From assembly GCA_036785375.1 (NCBI GenBank), contig JAWMAR010000006.1, positions 4,960,001 to 5,024,000 on the forward strand: a stretch of 64,000 nucleotides of DNA. Reading direction: 5' to 3'. The DNA comes from Leucoraja ocellata (taxonomy: Eukaryota). Positions 23,338 through 36,199 of the stretch are shown here, piece by piece (position 1 is the first letter of the stretch; every line of letters starts with the position of its first letter). The notes beneath the pieces were generated by a model. That model saw nothing but the letters and a program-made list of their open reading frames with translations. It ran no database searches and was not told where the DNA came from. Made by a program: the position numbers and the translations under genes.

Positions 23338-24164
23338 CTATTTAACATGTAAATTTAATGCATTCAATTGCTACATATGAATACAGTGATAACAGAATAA
23401 TTCACAGCATGTTAACAATGAGATACATTATTCCAATGCAACATGGGATAAGTAATTGTGTGTGTGTTGTTTATGCACCAGCCATTTTCGAGAAGGTGTC
23501 ACTTTCGCTCTCTATCGAGTGATAGGTAAGTCCTTGTGATACTGGTGCTGGCTGAGATGATGTATGAATGTGATCTGGTCGCTGTGAATTTGCATGGAAC
23601 TGTGGTGAGTGGCTGTTTTAATTATGGGAGCCAGCTGAACAAATAGACAGCTGCGTTAGGCTCGACCAGGCACACTGTCACAAAAGACAGTAACCTAAGG
23701 GAGATTTCAAACATTGGTGAACTCGTGGAGTTATTTTTGACACAATAGCTGAAGTTCTTTAAAAGGGAAAGCAAAGTCCAAGGTTAGTACTTTAGTGTAA
23801 GGAGCTGATTCAGTTCTGTTGGGAGAAAGAAAATCAGGCTATAATTATAAGTACTCTATTGTCATTGATAAAACATATTTGATTTAATTTTAAACTGTGA
23901 GCATTGGCAATAGTTCCTATATTGGGCTAATTTTTCAACAAGTTTCCTTCAACAAAGTAATTATTGCTAAAGCACATGAGGGTAATTTGAAGGATGCCAT
24001 ATTATAGTATGCCAACATAGGCATTGCATCAATTTAATCAATAATATACATGATAATTCAGGCTTTGGAGAACTACAGTAAACAACCAAGACACATGTGA
24101 AGGCCCAGATTTTGCTTTTATTCATTATACTGGAGAGCTTGCTGGGATATTTCAGTCAACTACA

Positions 24165-24430
24165 AGGGCAGGTCTGCTTCAGGAACAGCTTCTTCCCGAG
24201 AGCCATCAGGCTATTAAACACTACAACCTCAAATAAGCTCTGAACTACATAGACCATTATTGTTATTATTGCACTATTATTGTTTATTTGTCTTTTTATG
24301 TTATATTTCATATGATATATGTATATGTGAGTATGGCAGCATCTCTGGAGATGAAGGGTTTCGCCACGAAACTCCACCTGTTCCTTTTCTTCAGAGATGC
24401 TGCCTGACCCGTTGAGTTACTCCAACATTT
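24165..24430 (+). mobile_element. Rex1 tail (24165-24330) followed by fold-back pLTR element (24335-24430)
   Basis: FRNSFFPRAIRLLN; GGCAGCATCTCTG..CAGAGATGCTGCC inverted arms. Confidence 0.72.
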
Positions 24431-24569
24431 GGGGTGGGGTGGGAGGGGGAATGATGAAGGTTTAATAATCTGGAAGAGGTCTAGATAGGATAAAATAAAT
24501 TAGAACAGAAGAGAGAGGAAAGACTGCTGGAACTGTCAGATACAGAACTTGGTGATTTCTAGAAACCTG

Positions 24570-25570
24570 AAGTAAATGAGAATGCTGGAAGTACGCAGCA
24601 TGTCAGGCAGCTGCTGTGGAGAGAGAAACTAATAAGACAACAATCTGAATCTGATACAAATTAGAGATGCTGGTTATCTAAAATAGTTGAGTTCAATGTT
24701 GAGACTGAGGATCAGTGATTTGTCTCTTTGGAAGATGACTGAGTGTTCTTCAGGCCTTTGCTGCGGTGTGTGGTAAACATCAAATCCTGGGAGTTGGATG
24801 AAGAATTAAAGTGTCAAGCAAATGGAGGTTCAGGTTCCCTCTTGCTGACCTAGCTCAAGTGTTCTGCAAAACAGTACTGGATGTATCTGGATTCAGAACT
24901 GGATGAATCATGGAATGGTTTGGGAACAGCTCTACCCAGGACCGCAAGACCATCACACAAGCCAAACTCCTTTCCATCGACTCCATTTACACCTCACACT
25001 GACTCAGCAAGGCCGCCAGCATAATCAAGGACGAGTCGCACCCCGGACACTCTCTCTTCTCCACTGTTGCATTGGGCAAAAGGAATAGGAGTGTGAAAAC
25101 GCACACCTCCAGATTCAGGGACAGTTTCTTCCCACCTGTTATCAGGCACCTTAACCATCCTACCATCAACTAGTGAGCGGTCCTGAGCTACTATCTACCT
25201 CATGGGAGACCCTCGGACTATCTTTGATTGAACTCGTTCCTTTATCTTGCACTATACGCCATTCACATTCTTCCCTTTATCATGTACACTGTGAATGGCT
25301 CAATTGTAGACATCTATTGTCTTTCTGCTGACTTTTTAGCATGCAACAAAAGCTTTTCACTGTACCTCGGTACATGTGACAACAAACTAAACTAAACAGT
25401 CACCAAACACAGAGGAGACCAATCATGATCACCAGCTTCAATACATTGAATTGTAAACCCAATGGAATTGCTGCTTCATCTGGGAAGGAGCATTTGGTTC
25501 CTGGATGGTGGGAAGGAAAGAAAAAAAAAGGATAGTTATTACATCCCCGTGGCTGCAAAGGAAGATAATG
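24570..25570 (-). mobile_element. Old Penelope GIY-YIG remnant split by a Rex1 insertion
   Basis: 24570-24875 and 25398-25570 resemble 18526-19150; AAACAGT at both junctions (24869, 25394). Confidence 0.55.
24915..25397 (+). mobile_element. Rex1/Babar 3' end
   Basis: Close homologue of 5010-5690 without the pLTR insert. Confidence 0.85.
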
Positions 25571-25586
25571 TGGGAAGAGGCGTAAT

Positions 25587-25775
25587 TGTGTAGGAAAGAA
25601 CTGCAGAATCTGGTTTACACTGAAGATAGACACAAAATGTTGGAGTAACTCAATGGCACAGGCAGCATCTCTGGAAAGAAGGAATGGGTGACGTTCGGGT
25701 CAAGATCCTTCTTCAGACTGAGAGTCAGGGTAGAGGGAGATACAGAGATAAGGAAGTGTAAGGTGTGAAAAAGAG
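25587..25775 (-). mobile_element. Penelope pLTR element
   Basis: Minus strand CAGTCTGAAGAAGGATCTTGACCCGAACGTCACC. Confidence 0.82.
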
Positions 25776-26501
25776 GCATCAAAAGAGATGTATCTTATGC
25801 TAAGGAAAAGGAATAGTTATTGGTGGATAGACAAGAGTAAACTGTAGAAAAAGAAACTCATCTATTCTTTGATGAGTGGGTACCACAACATTGGAGGTCT
25901 TTGGGTTGCATTCAATAAAAATAATTGTTGTCACTGTAATTACAAAAAAAGTAGATCAGTCAGCTCACTGCAATCTGTGATATTTTGTAGTATATCATGT
26001 TACAGTTTCCTTTCTTTGTACTTCGCATGTTTCAAAAGGCATCTTTGCACAGCTTGCACCTTGCACTGCAATTTAATGAGACCAAGGTGCACGAAAGATA
26101 ACTGCCAACATCGCTTAGGATTTCAATTTCAATGTCCAACAGATCATAGTTAAACCACTGCTCAATTACAGCCTTAGATCAATAAATCAAAGTCATCCAC
26201 AAGCTTAGTGTAATCATAGTTTTACAATATTTCTGTTCAGATTTTTGACTCGGAAAGAAAATTAATAAAATATTAAATATGAAAACCAGCATACTTTAAT
26301 CATTTAGAGATAATCTTGATTTTGACCGAGTTATATAAGTCTGCCTGGTGCTCTTTATGGAAGTGCAATATCTACATGGATTACAGTAGCCTCAAGCCCC
26401 TTATTTCTGTCTCCAAGATAAACAAATTATAGCATGCCATTGAGTAAATATGGGGATGAGACCCATTAACTTTTGCTTCATGGATGACAAACGTTGACCT
26501 T

Positions 26502-26813
26502 TACTTTAGACTTTAGAGATACAGCACCAAATCAGGCCCTTCGGCCCACCAAGTCCATGCTGACCAATGATCACCCTGTACACTAATACTATCCTCCACA
26601 CTAGGGACAATTTAACTGAAGCTAATTAACCTACAGACCTGTGCATCTGTTGAAAGTGGGCAGAAGCACCCGGAGAAAACCACAAAATCACAGGGAGAAC
26701 ATAAACTTTGTACAGACAGCCTCTGTAGTCAGGATCGAACCTGGGTCTCTGGTGCTTTAAAGCAGGAACTCAAGTGTAGCGCCACGGAACCACCTCCATG
26801 CTACCACTGTGCC
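26502..26813 (-). mobile_element. V-SINE
   Basis: Reverse consensus match. Confidence 0.88.
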
Positions 26814-27049
26814 GCCCCTGAACTCTTCCTGTCTGCTCAATCTCATTTGATGTGGCAGCCCTACAGCCGAGTGAAGGGAAGACTTCAACCAGTCACCCAG
26901 CTTTTAACACTTACTGCTGAAATATATACAGCACAATACATTCTGGTCTGATGCACATCTAAATTCCATCAGGGGTCCTGCAAGGGTTCCATTTGGATCT
27001 GCAAGGATTGGCAGCTGTAAATGTACGGTCAAAACCTAGAGAAAGACAG

Positions 27050-27195
27050 GAAAGACACAAAATGCTGGAATCTGAGGGCCCCGGCCCGAAACGTCACCAA
27101 TCCATGTTCTCCACAGATGATGCCTGACTCGTTGAGCTACTCCAGCATTGTGTGTCTTTCTTTGGTAAACCAGCATCTGCGGTTCTTTGTCTCTA
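27050..27195 (+). mobile_element. pLTR element with short inverted 5' end
   Basis: GGCCCGAAACGTCACC; degenerate 14-bp TSD at 27036-27049 and 27196-27209. Confidence 0.75.
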
Positions 27196-27339
27196 CTAGT
27201 AAAAGTCAGCACATGTATTCCAGTTCAATGCCTTTAATATCCAGGGAGCATGCAGATGTTGCCACAATGACCAACAATGGCCAAATCTGGTCAGCAACCC
27301 TTGCCCAGTCCAGCAACAAATGAACAAATCCATTTAGCA

Positions 27340-27520
27340 AGTCCATGAGCAAGAGGGAGTTAGATATAGCTCTTAGGGCTCATGAAATCAAGGGATAAAT
27401 GGATAAAGCAGAAATGGTGTACTGATTTTGGATGACCAGCCATGATCATATTGAATGGAGGTGCTGGCTCAAAGGACCGAATGGCCTACTCCTGCACCTA
27501 TTTTCTATGTTTCTATGTCT
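27340..27520 (+). mobile_element. CR1 3' tail
   Basis: KRELDIAL; (TTTCTATG)n end. Confidence 0.8.
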
Positions 27521-28279
27521 GAGACAGGAGCTTATCAGAGCCACTGAGCTACTTTTCCTGGGAAGACAGCAAGTGGGAAAATGCCTGGTAAGGCTCCTAT
27601 ATTTAGAGGCAATACTGTAATTATAAACAGCCCATCAACACATTTTAGTTTTCCTATCCAAGTTGTGTGAGTACCATTAACACGCAGACAGCACCTCTTC
27701 TGTTTAGTCATTAGATTAAGCTGTTGTATAAAAACCTTAATTTAAAAAAAAGCACTCTCATGTTGACATTAATAAATGGTCTATTTTAGCAGGCAGTAAT
27801 GAGGAGTGTGACATCATCATCCCGTGACAAAGTAGTGTTAATGATTTCTTCAGAGCTGCTAATGGCTGCTCTCAGTGAGTGGAAATTGTGCACTTCCAAG
27901 TCTAGTTGATCTCTGCAGTTGAGTTGATAAAAATAAATTAATACCAAAAATCAGATATCAAAAGCATGCCCTGGTTATTATGCAGGAATTATTCAGAACT
28001 ACAACGTCCCATGAAGGCAAACAAATGGTTCTGGGATATTACTATTAATGGGGTTCAATGGCACTATCTCCACACAATAGTCATCCTTCACTAGTCCCAG
28101 TTAAAGTGGACACATGCCAGATCCAAACTACTTGATCAATAAACCCGCATAGCAATTATTGTCTGTTTGCCTAAAATTTTACACATGCTCTTATTCCATA
28201 CGGTTATAACATGGTGACAAATTGTGCTGTGCATGACAAGGAAGGTTGTCTTTGCCCACAGCAGGAAAATGTTTAGATA

Positions 28280-29320
28280 GAAAGTGAGATGGTGCTTTGG
28301 CTGATGGAATTTAATCCTGACAAGTGCATAATGACACATTTTGGGAAATCAGATAAAGGTATACAGTAAGGTCGCGACAAGGGCGGCATAGCGTGGCACA
28401 GTGGCACTGCTGTAGAGTTGCCCAGGCTCGATCCTGACAAAGGATGCTGTCTGTGTGGAGCGTGTACCTGTGACTGCATGGGCTTTCTTTAGATGCTCCG
28501 TTTTCCTCCCACCCTCCAAAGACGTACAGGTTTGTAGATTAATAGGCCTAGGTACGTTGTAAAGTTGTGATTGCTGGTTGGCACAGCCTTGGCGGGCTGG
28601 AGGACTGTTTCCGTGCTGTATCCCTAAAGTCTAATGGTAAATTGACGACCACTAAAGAAAGTTGATGAACAGAGAAACCAAGACGTTCACGTCCATTTTC
28701 CCTGAAGGTAGCAACACAGATGGATAGGGTGAAGAAGGCATAAGGCATTTGTCTTCAGAGGTCACGGGATAAAATACAAGACTGGGGAAGTTATGGTGTA
28801 ATTTGGCAAAGCATTGTTAAGACCATATGGAGTAGTGTGTGCCTTTTGTCTCAGTGCATCTGAGGAAGAATGTTCACAAGTTCACAAGTTATAAAAGTAG
28901 AATTAGACCATTCAGCCCATCGAGTCTATTCTGCTATTCAATCATGGCTGATCTCTGCCTCCTAATCCAATTTTCCTGCCTCCTTCCCATAACACTTGAC
29001 ACTAGTTCTAATCAAAAATGTGTCTATCTCTGTCTTAAAAATATCCACCACCTTTTAAGGCAGAGCCTCCAAAGCCCTCTATGGCAATGAGTTCTACAGA
29101 TTAACAACACTCTTGACCAAAGAAGTTCCTCCTTACCTTCATTCTAAAATAGTGCCCTTTAATTCTGAAGCTATGACCTCACGTCCTGTGATTGCATTGG
29201 AAAGAGTGCACTATAAATTCACCAGTATGTTGCCTGGATTTTAAGCCTTTAGTTATAGGAGAGAGATTGGATAGTCTGAGTTTGTTTTCCCTGGAGCAAA
29301 AGAGAATGAGGATTTATCTT
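28280..29320 (+). mobile_element. CR1 ORF2 remnant with nested SINE (28395-28633, +) and nested CR1 tail (28873-29190, -); continues at 30252-30500
   Basis: WLMEFNPDKCIMTHFG..; GERLDSLSLFSLEQKRMR / LIEVYKIMRSID. Confidence 0.75.
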
Positions 29321-29323
29321 GAT

Positions 29324-30250
29324 CATGGGTGGAAATCCCAGGGGTGGGGGGGGCACGTCCCTCGCATGTTTTGAGAGGTGGGGAACAACCCCCCTCAAGC
29401 TTTGTAAATCTATTAAAATCTATTTAAAATCTCCGCTTTCCGTGAGACAGTAGGGATGCTTGTTAAATGGCTCTATTAACATCGTATTAACACGATGTGT
29501 CACCAATTGTGTTTTGACCTTCAAGTATTACTGAAGGTATTCCTGGAGAAGTTCTTAAAGCTGTCTGATGCGGGTACAATTACCATTTGAACTAATTGGA
29601 TGTATTGGTGGATGGGAAAGATTTAAACGGGTATCGGATTTAAATGGGTCAGGTCATTAACGGCTCCGGTCAAACGGGTTTCCAGGCTGGCTTGCAGGTA
29701 AATCCCTCATTCACGGTCACTCACGTTATTTAGTTTTTTTTTCTCATCTCTCTCTCTCTCTCTCCTCCAAGGTTGGTTCTTTTGTTTGCCTTTATTTGCT
29801 TCAGTTTTATTTGTTTGTGTTATTTATCACATTGTAGCTTTTGAAAGATTCAAGCAGGTATCAGACGCTTTCTAAGGGCTAAATCGACCTGTTCGCGGGG
29901 ACTTTCATCGCTCAACAGGGCTTAAAATCAAACTGCTGCATCAAGGCGATCGAGGCTCCCGATGTTGAAGCCCCCTCCGGCTAATTTTAAGCCCCGCCAG
30001 GCGATGAAAGACCCCTTGAACGGGCTAATTCAACCCCTATGATTCGGGGTGGACGAAGCTGCTGTTGCTGGAGTTCGGAGTCGGTCACCAACCAGATCGG
30101 CTCCCGATGTTACCATCCACAGGGCCCATGGCCGAAGCCTCCAAAGCCTCGCATGTGTGCACATGCGTGTGCGTGCGCGCGGCCATCAAGAAATTGTGTC
30201 CCCTCCAAATTATGTCCCTCCCATGTTTTGAAAACAATTTCCGCCCCAAG
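29324..30250. mobile_element. Non-autonomous hAT-like DNA transposon inserted in CR1
   Basis: Imperfect TIRs CATGGGTGGAAAT / ATTTCCGCCCCAAG; approx. 8-bp TSD ATCTTGAT / ATTCTTGAT; CR1 reading frame resumes on the other side. Confidence 0.72.
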
Positions 30251-30499
30251 ATTCTTGATAGAAGTATATAAGATTATGAGAAGTATAGATTGGGCAGATA
30301 GTATTTAACCGATGGTTTGGGTATCATAAACAAGAGGGCATTGATTTCAGGTGAGAGGAAAGTGTTTTAAAGAGGATCTGAAGATAAGCTTTCACACAGT
30401 AAATCTAGAATGTGTTACTAGAGGAGTTGGAAAGAGATACATTTAAGATATTTTTAAGAGGCATTTTGACAGATATTTAAATAAGAGAGGAATAGAAGA

Positions 30500-30740
30500 G
30501 GAAAAAAACTGAAATTGCTGGAGGAACAGTGAACCAGGCAGCATTTGCTGAGGTGGAAGATAGTCAACATTTGGATCGAAATCCTTTGTCACTCAGAGGG
30601 GAGAACGGAAGTAGAAAGAAAGGACGGAGAGTAGTGAGACAGGACCTAGCAAGTGGATCCGGATGAGGAGAGGTTGATAGGCAAATGGAGTTAAATGGAG
30701 GAGGGACGTGTGGAGATAGCGACAGAATAAAGATAAAAAA
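30500..30740 (-). mobile_element. Old Penelope pLTR and 3' UTR
   Basis: TGCTGGAGGAACAG..CAGGCAGCAT..AGTCAACATTTGGATCGAAATCC. Confidence 0.6.
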
Positions 30741-33139
30741 TAAGGCCTCGGAGAGGCTGTAACCTACAGCTACTCCTTGTTATATCTGAGAAAGTTAAAT
30801 TCAGTACTGCCTATAACTGCAAATGATTGAGTATAATATCCTTTTCCAGGCAATAACATCCCTAAGTTATTGTAGTGGAAAGCAATCGACTTATCTTCTA
30901 TATGGTTAGGATAAACCTCAATATGGCACAGAAAAATGGCGGCACTTTGCTTGCTGTCGTAGAAGAGAATCTACTGTTATCCACTACAGTTGTTTCACTT
31001 TGTTACCTGTGTGATTGTATTCATGTCCAGTATGATTTGAATGGGCACCATGCAAACCAAATCTTTTCATCGTATGTCGGTACACACAACAATAATAAAA
31101 TAAACAATTCTTCCAGTTACATTTTAATTACTTTTCTTATTTTTGGATGTGTCTTTGACGTTAAAAACATTGAAAACATTTTTCAAATGTTCACGTTAAA
31201 AAGCTGTTTTTGTGAGAACAACCTTTTGTCTCCCAAGAATCTTACAAATCTAGCTGCAGTCAGCTCCCCTAATGGGAGAAGACAGCACGGTAAAAAGATA
31301 TAGAACTTTCAATTATGTGCAACTGCTCATGTTATCAAGGTTTTACGACAAATGAATTTGTCTGCAACTGTATAGTGTAATCAATGTACTTTGTTGGCAA
31401 AGTCAATCACGACTTTGCTCATTGCTATATATTCCACATAAATGGTTTAAATTGTTCATTCATCTTAGTTAATGAGTAAATGTTAGCCAGGGCATGAAGA
31501 AAATCCCATAAATGGATCTTGGTTCTGAATGGCTTCAGTGTCAATGGTGAAAATCCAGCTCAATGAAACTTTCCAATAGCTCTGGAGTCTTGGAGGTTAA
31601 GATCCCATATATACTGATTTACGGGATTTCAGTTTGGGACTGTCCTAACTAAACCAATTATCTCAATGGTTCAATGGTTTCTTTATTGTATACCAGGTAC
31701 AGTTAATTTTTTTTTTGCATACCACTCAGTAAAATTATCCACATACGTAGGCACAATCGGTCAGTACAGTGTGCACAGAACAACCCACTGAGTCTATATG
31801 CAACTGGTGCCATTTTGGCGGCATTTTACAGTCCCAGCTGTTGGCCAGGGTGCTGTAAAATAGAAGATCACTACTGATTCATGCATTCAATTTTCAATTT
31901 GTGAACAAACAGATCTTTATCTTTCAGCCTCAAAGGTCCAAACTTAATTTAACATGGGATCATTCTGAGACCTTCCATAACAGAACATCATCGACTTTCC
32001 AATCCTGTCTTCTGTCATTGATTTACATTTATCACATTTGCCCACATGAATTTCTCCACTGCATCCTTTATTTCACTGCTACCCCCTTGCATTTCAATAT
32101 TACATACTATATCTCACTACTGCTCTTCTTCAATTCATTATTGATTACTTGTCCTTCACTATTGTTCCTTTGTATTTCTCCATTGCACATCTGTATTTCA
32201 CTAGCACATCCTGCATTTTACAGCTGCAATGCTGCACAGTTATATGTCATTAGTTCTCTCTTATATTTCATTACTGAACCACTGTTTTTCATCCCAAGCT
32301 TTATGGAACGATTGCATCTAATATCTGAAAGTTCCAATGGGCGTAGCAGTAGGAGAAACTTTGAAAAACTGATCATAAGAAGATAGAAAGTCAGATCCTA
32401 GATGAAAATGAATGAGCCATGAGATGAGAGGCATCTTCTAAACCTTGCTCTTATTTGTGTTGAAGATCTTTTTACAACCATAATCTTCAATGTTTTCGTG
32501 AAAGTATTTAATTCCCATGTTATGCACCGCAACTCTCAGCATTTATAACCCTTGTCAGCAGTTATATAGTTTGACAAGGTTTATCCAGACGAGGTGACCT
32601 TTCGCTCAGAGAGTATCCCTCAACGCAACGGCATATTTCATGCCATATTAACTGCCACCAAATGCAACATGTTTTGAAGCTAATTCAAAGGTAGTTTCAA
32701 TTACAAACATCATTTTTCCCTCATCAGCATTAAGATGTCAATTGACTATTTAAGCTGTTCAAGATGTGACAGTTAGAGTAGCTCAGCTCAACTCTTCACC
32801 TCTGCTGTTTAGCTCAGCTTCCTACTACCCTCTTTCAACAAACTCAAGTCATTTATTTTTACAAGATTCATTAATATTCATCAAATCAGGTGTACACTTG
32901 CAGCACTGAAATTAGCCAACTGTGTTATTATCAGCTGAAGGCTTTTATGCCCAATTCCAGGACATGACTGCCATACATGCAACAGATAACAGCACTTTAG
33001 AATACTTCACTAAACAGCCTTCCAACCTGGCAACCCTAGACAATGATCTGAATTTTCACAAACTTGAAGTTAACTTCCTTTCGAACATGTAGTTTGTTTT
33101 AGGATTTATACCCAGTACAGTTTAACATCTCCTGCACTG

Positions 33140-33575
33140 AAACATAGAAACATAGAAACATAGAAAGTAGGTGCAGGAGTAGTCCATTCCGCCCTTCGAG
33201 CCAGCACCTCCATTCCATATGATAATGGCTGATCATCCAGAATCAGTACCCTGTTCCTGCTTTTGCCCCATATCCTTTGATTCAGTTAGCTCCAAGAACT
33301 ATATCTAACTCTCTCTTGAATCCAGCCAGTGAATTGGCCTCCACTGCCGTCTGTGGCAGAGAATTCCACAGATTCACAACTCTCTGGGTGAAAAAGTTTT
33401 TCCTCGTCTCAGTCCTAAATGGCCTGTTGTGACCCTTGGTTCTGGACTCCCCAACATCGGGAAATATTATCCTGCATCTAGCCTGTCCAATCCCTTAAGG
33501 ATTTTATTTGTTTCTATAAGATCCTCTCTCATCCTTCTAAACTCCAGTGAATACAAGCCCAGTCGATCCATTCTT
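33140..33575 (-). mobile_element. CR1 LINE 3' end
   Basis: (GAAACATA)3 tail; homologous to 10905-11335. Confidence 0.9.
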
Positions 33576-33892
33576 TGACTCATGGCTCTAAGTATGAATA
33601 TTGTGACCAAGCTTACCAACAACCCCAGACTGAATCTTAGTGCTTACAAGATCAGCGTGTGCTATTTAAAGAAGCAACGTGAGTCTTCCCAAGTAGTGAT
33701 TTGTGGTGTATTTTCATCCCTCAACCAGCACCATCAGTGATAGATATTCCAATCATTGCTTTATGTACTCTATGGCGCCCAAGCCGAGCGATTCTCTGCG
33801 TGCTGGTCCCAGAAGAAGATATGCAATCACCCATTATAATCGCTCCACTCTTTTAAACCTTTAAACCTTTAGTCCAGCAGCAAATTCTCTTT

Positions 33893-34084
33893 GTTTAGGA
33901 AGGAACTGCAGATACTGGAAAATCGAAGGTAGACAAAATTGCTGGAGAAACTCAGCGGGTGCAGCAGCATCTATGGAGCAAAGGAAATAGGCAACATTTC
34001 GGGCCGAAACCCTTCTTTAGGCCTATTTCCCTAGCTCCATATATGCTGCTGCACCCGCTGAGTTTCTCCAGCATTTTTGTCTAC
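33893..34084. mobile_element. Fold-back Penelope pLTR insertion with 15-bp TSD
   Basis: Arms 33928-33992 and 34021-34085 (61/65 complementary); TSD CAGCAAATTCTCTTT at 33878-33892 and 34085-34099. Confidence 0.92.
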
Positions 34085-34849
34085 CAGCAAATTCTCTTTA
34101 TCCTGTATCCGTACATTGTGGTTGGCTTATTTGTAATCACGTATATTCTTTCCGCTGACTGGATAACATGCAACAGAGAAGCTTTTCACTGTACCTCGGT
34201 ACACGTGACAATAATAAACTAAACTAAGCTTTGTTATTTTTGCTGTGTGGAACTAGTTGCATAGTCTGAAAAGCACCGGTGGCTATTTACAAAGCAACAC
34301 ATTAGTCCTTCAGAGGTATTAACAAAATGATTATTTACTAAGCTCTGCAGTTGAAGAATACCCAAGAGAATATACAATGTACATTAACAAATATGTTAAC
34401 TATCAGTTATTGCAAATATTTAAATTTATTCAGGAATTAGATATTTTAAGTATCTCTACCATTCACATACTGAAGATGGTGAATAATATTAAAAGGTGTA
34501 AAACAGTGCTGGAGGAGTGAGCAAGTGATGAGATAATTTACAGAACTAATAATATGGGATTTTTATAACACTGCCTACATTGTTGATGTTGTTTTTTTAT
34601 CTCAGGGATAAAGTAGGTGGGGAGGGCATTATCTTTCCTGTTGGGACGGTTCGGAACAAGGGGCATGTTGTATTTATAACAAACTTAGAACAAACCCTTT
34701 CAGCATAATTCATTGAAACACTTCTTCATACCAAGGGTAATAGAAATCTGGAACTCTATCCTCATCTCCTATCAACCCACCACTGAAAGTTCCCACGGTC
34801 AGTCAATTTAAAATTCCAGAATGGAGATTTCTGGTGTAAAGCAAAATGG

Positions 34850-35210
34850 AATCAAATCATCAAACAGAATTCAATGTTTCAATCCACTAAATTTATATTC
34901 CAATGTTTTAATGATCTGATACTTCATTGCTCTAAAGTTCCATTAATCCACTGATTTTAAGCATCCGATTATCTACTTTGATATTCCACCTTCCAATATT
35001 CCAACAATCCATCATTCCAAAGTTCAGATATTCCAACTTTCTGATGTTTCAAAGTTCAATTTTTGCAAGGATCTGATATTTCCATTGCTCTGATAGTCTA
35101 TTAATATGGTGCTCCATTGGCCCAATTCTCCAACAATCCGACATAATTCCCACGAGTTCCAATGATCTAATGTTTCAAAGTCTCTGTTCTCCAGTGATCC
35201 AATGCCTTGT
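34850..35210. repeat. Degenerate short-period (approx. 8 bp) TTCCAAT repeat
   Basis: Recurrent TTCCAA/TTCAAA/TCTGAT units. Confidence 0.6.
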
Positions 35211-36101
35211 CTACTCCAGTGCACTCCAGGCCAATCTTCCGTCTTCTGTACTTCTCTTACATTAATTTATTGAACAGAACTAGTGTGGAGGATTCTTGTG
35301 GATCATTTTCAATTCCATGGTCATTCCCTACCTGGAATGCAGGCCAAGGTTGTGGGAGCACCAGCAATCACTGCCAGCTTACTTGGTGGTTCACCTTGCT
35401 AGAAGTTGATATTGACATTCTGCTGGCAAAGATGTGTGAGATATAGATTTGACATCTAATACTGTTTTCATACTGCCACTGGATGCCAAATCCTGCTTGG
35501 AGTTATTGACCGTTCGGTAAAGAGGTACCCGAATCACTTCCTCATGACACCAGTACATCTCCATATCTTACCATGCATTTGATTGTCTCTGTTGATTATG
35601 AATAATGTTCAAATGCAGTCTTCAGAATAAACTGGGTAATCGGATCTCCCTTTCAAGCAGTGCACAGAATCCCATGCAATGTTGCATGCCCATTCTCCAT
35701 AAAATATCTGCATCTCATTGGTGGCTCTTCTTTCCCCCATCACTTCTATTCCTGCCTTGTATTCATCACTCTGGGACCCATTGGAGACTCACTATTCCGT
35801 GAGCTGTCACTACATTCATCATCCACTTTCTGGTCCATTAAACACATGAAACTAGCTGAACGTATCTCCTCCACAGCATCAACAACTGATCAATAAAATC
35901 TCAGACAAGTACCGACAGCTGTAATGGTATTGGTCACACTCCAGAAACACACACTGGTTTAGATTCTGTGCTCTAAATCTGTCTGTAAGGAGAATGGTGG
36001 GCAATTGGTACTGATCCCCACCCCTCCCCCGTGCTTCTCACAAAGCAGACTTTCATTATTGCAAAGTAAACGTTCATTATTGCAAAATAAACTTTCACAA
36101 A

Positions 36102-36199
36102 GTCAGTCTGAAGAAGGGTTTCGGCCCAAAACGTCGCCTATTTCCTTTGCTCCATAGATGCTGCTGCACCCACTGAGTTTCTCCAGCATTTGTGTGTAC
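36102..36199 (+). mobile_element. pLTR/hammerhead insert with 10-bp TSD
   Basis: CTTTCACAAA at 36092-36101 and 36200-36209; CTGAAGAAGGGTTTCGGCCCAAAACGTC. Confidence 0.88.

Noticed and set aside
23481-23530. Possible plus-strand mini-exon ending GATAG|GTAAGT
   Set aside because: Weak acceptor, no recognisable peptide, no partner exons
31901-32386. 161-aa hydrophobic ORF
   Set aside because: Arises from a pyrimidine-rich degenerate repeat; no domain or splice support
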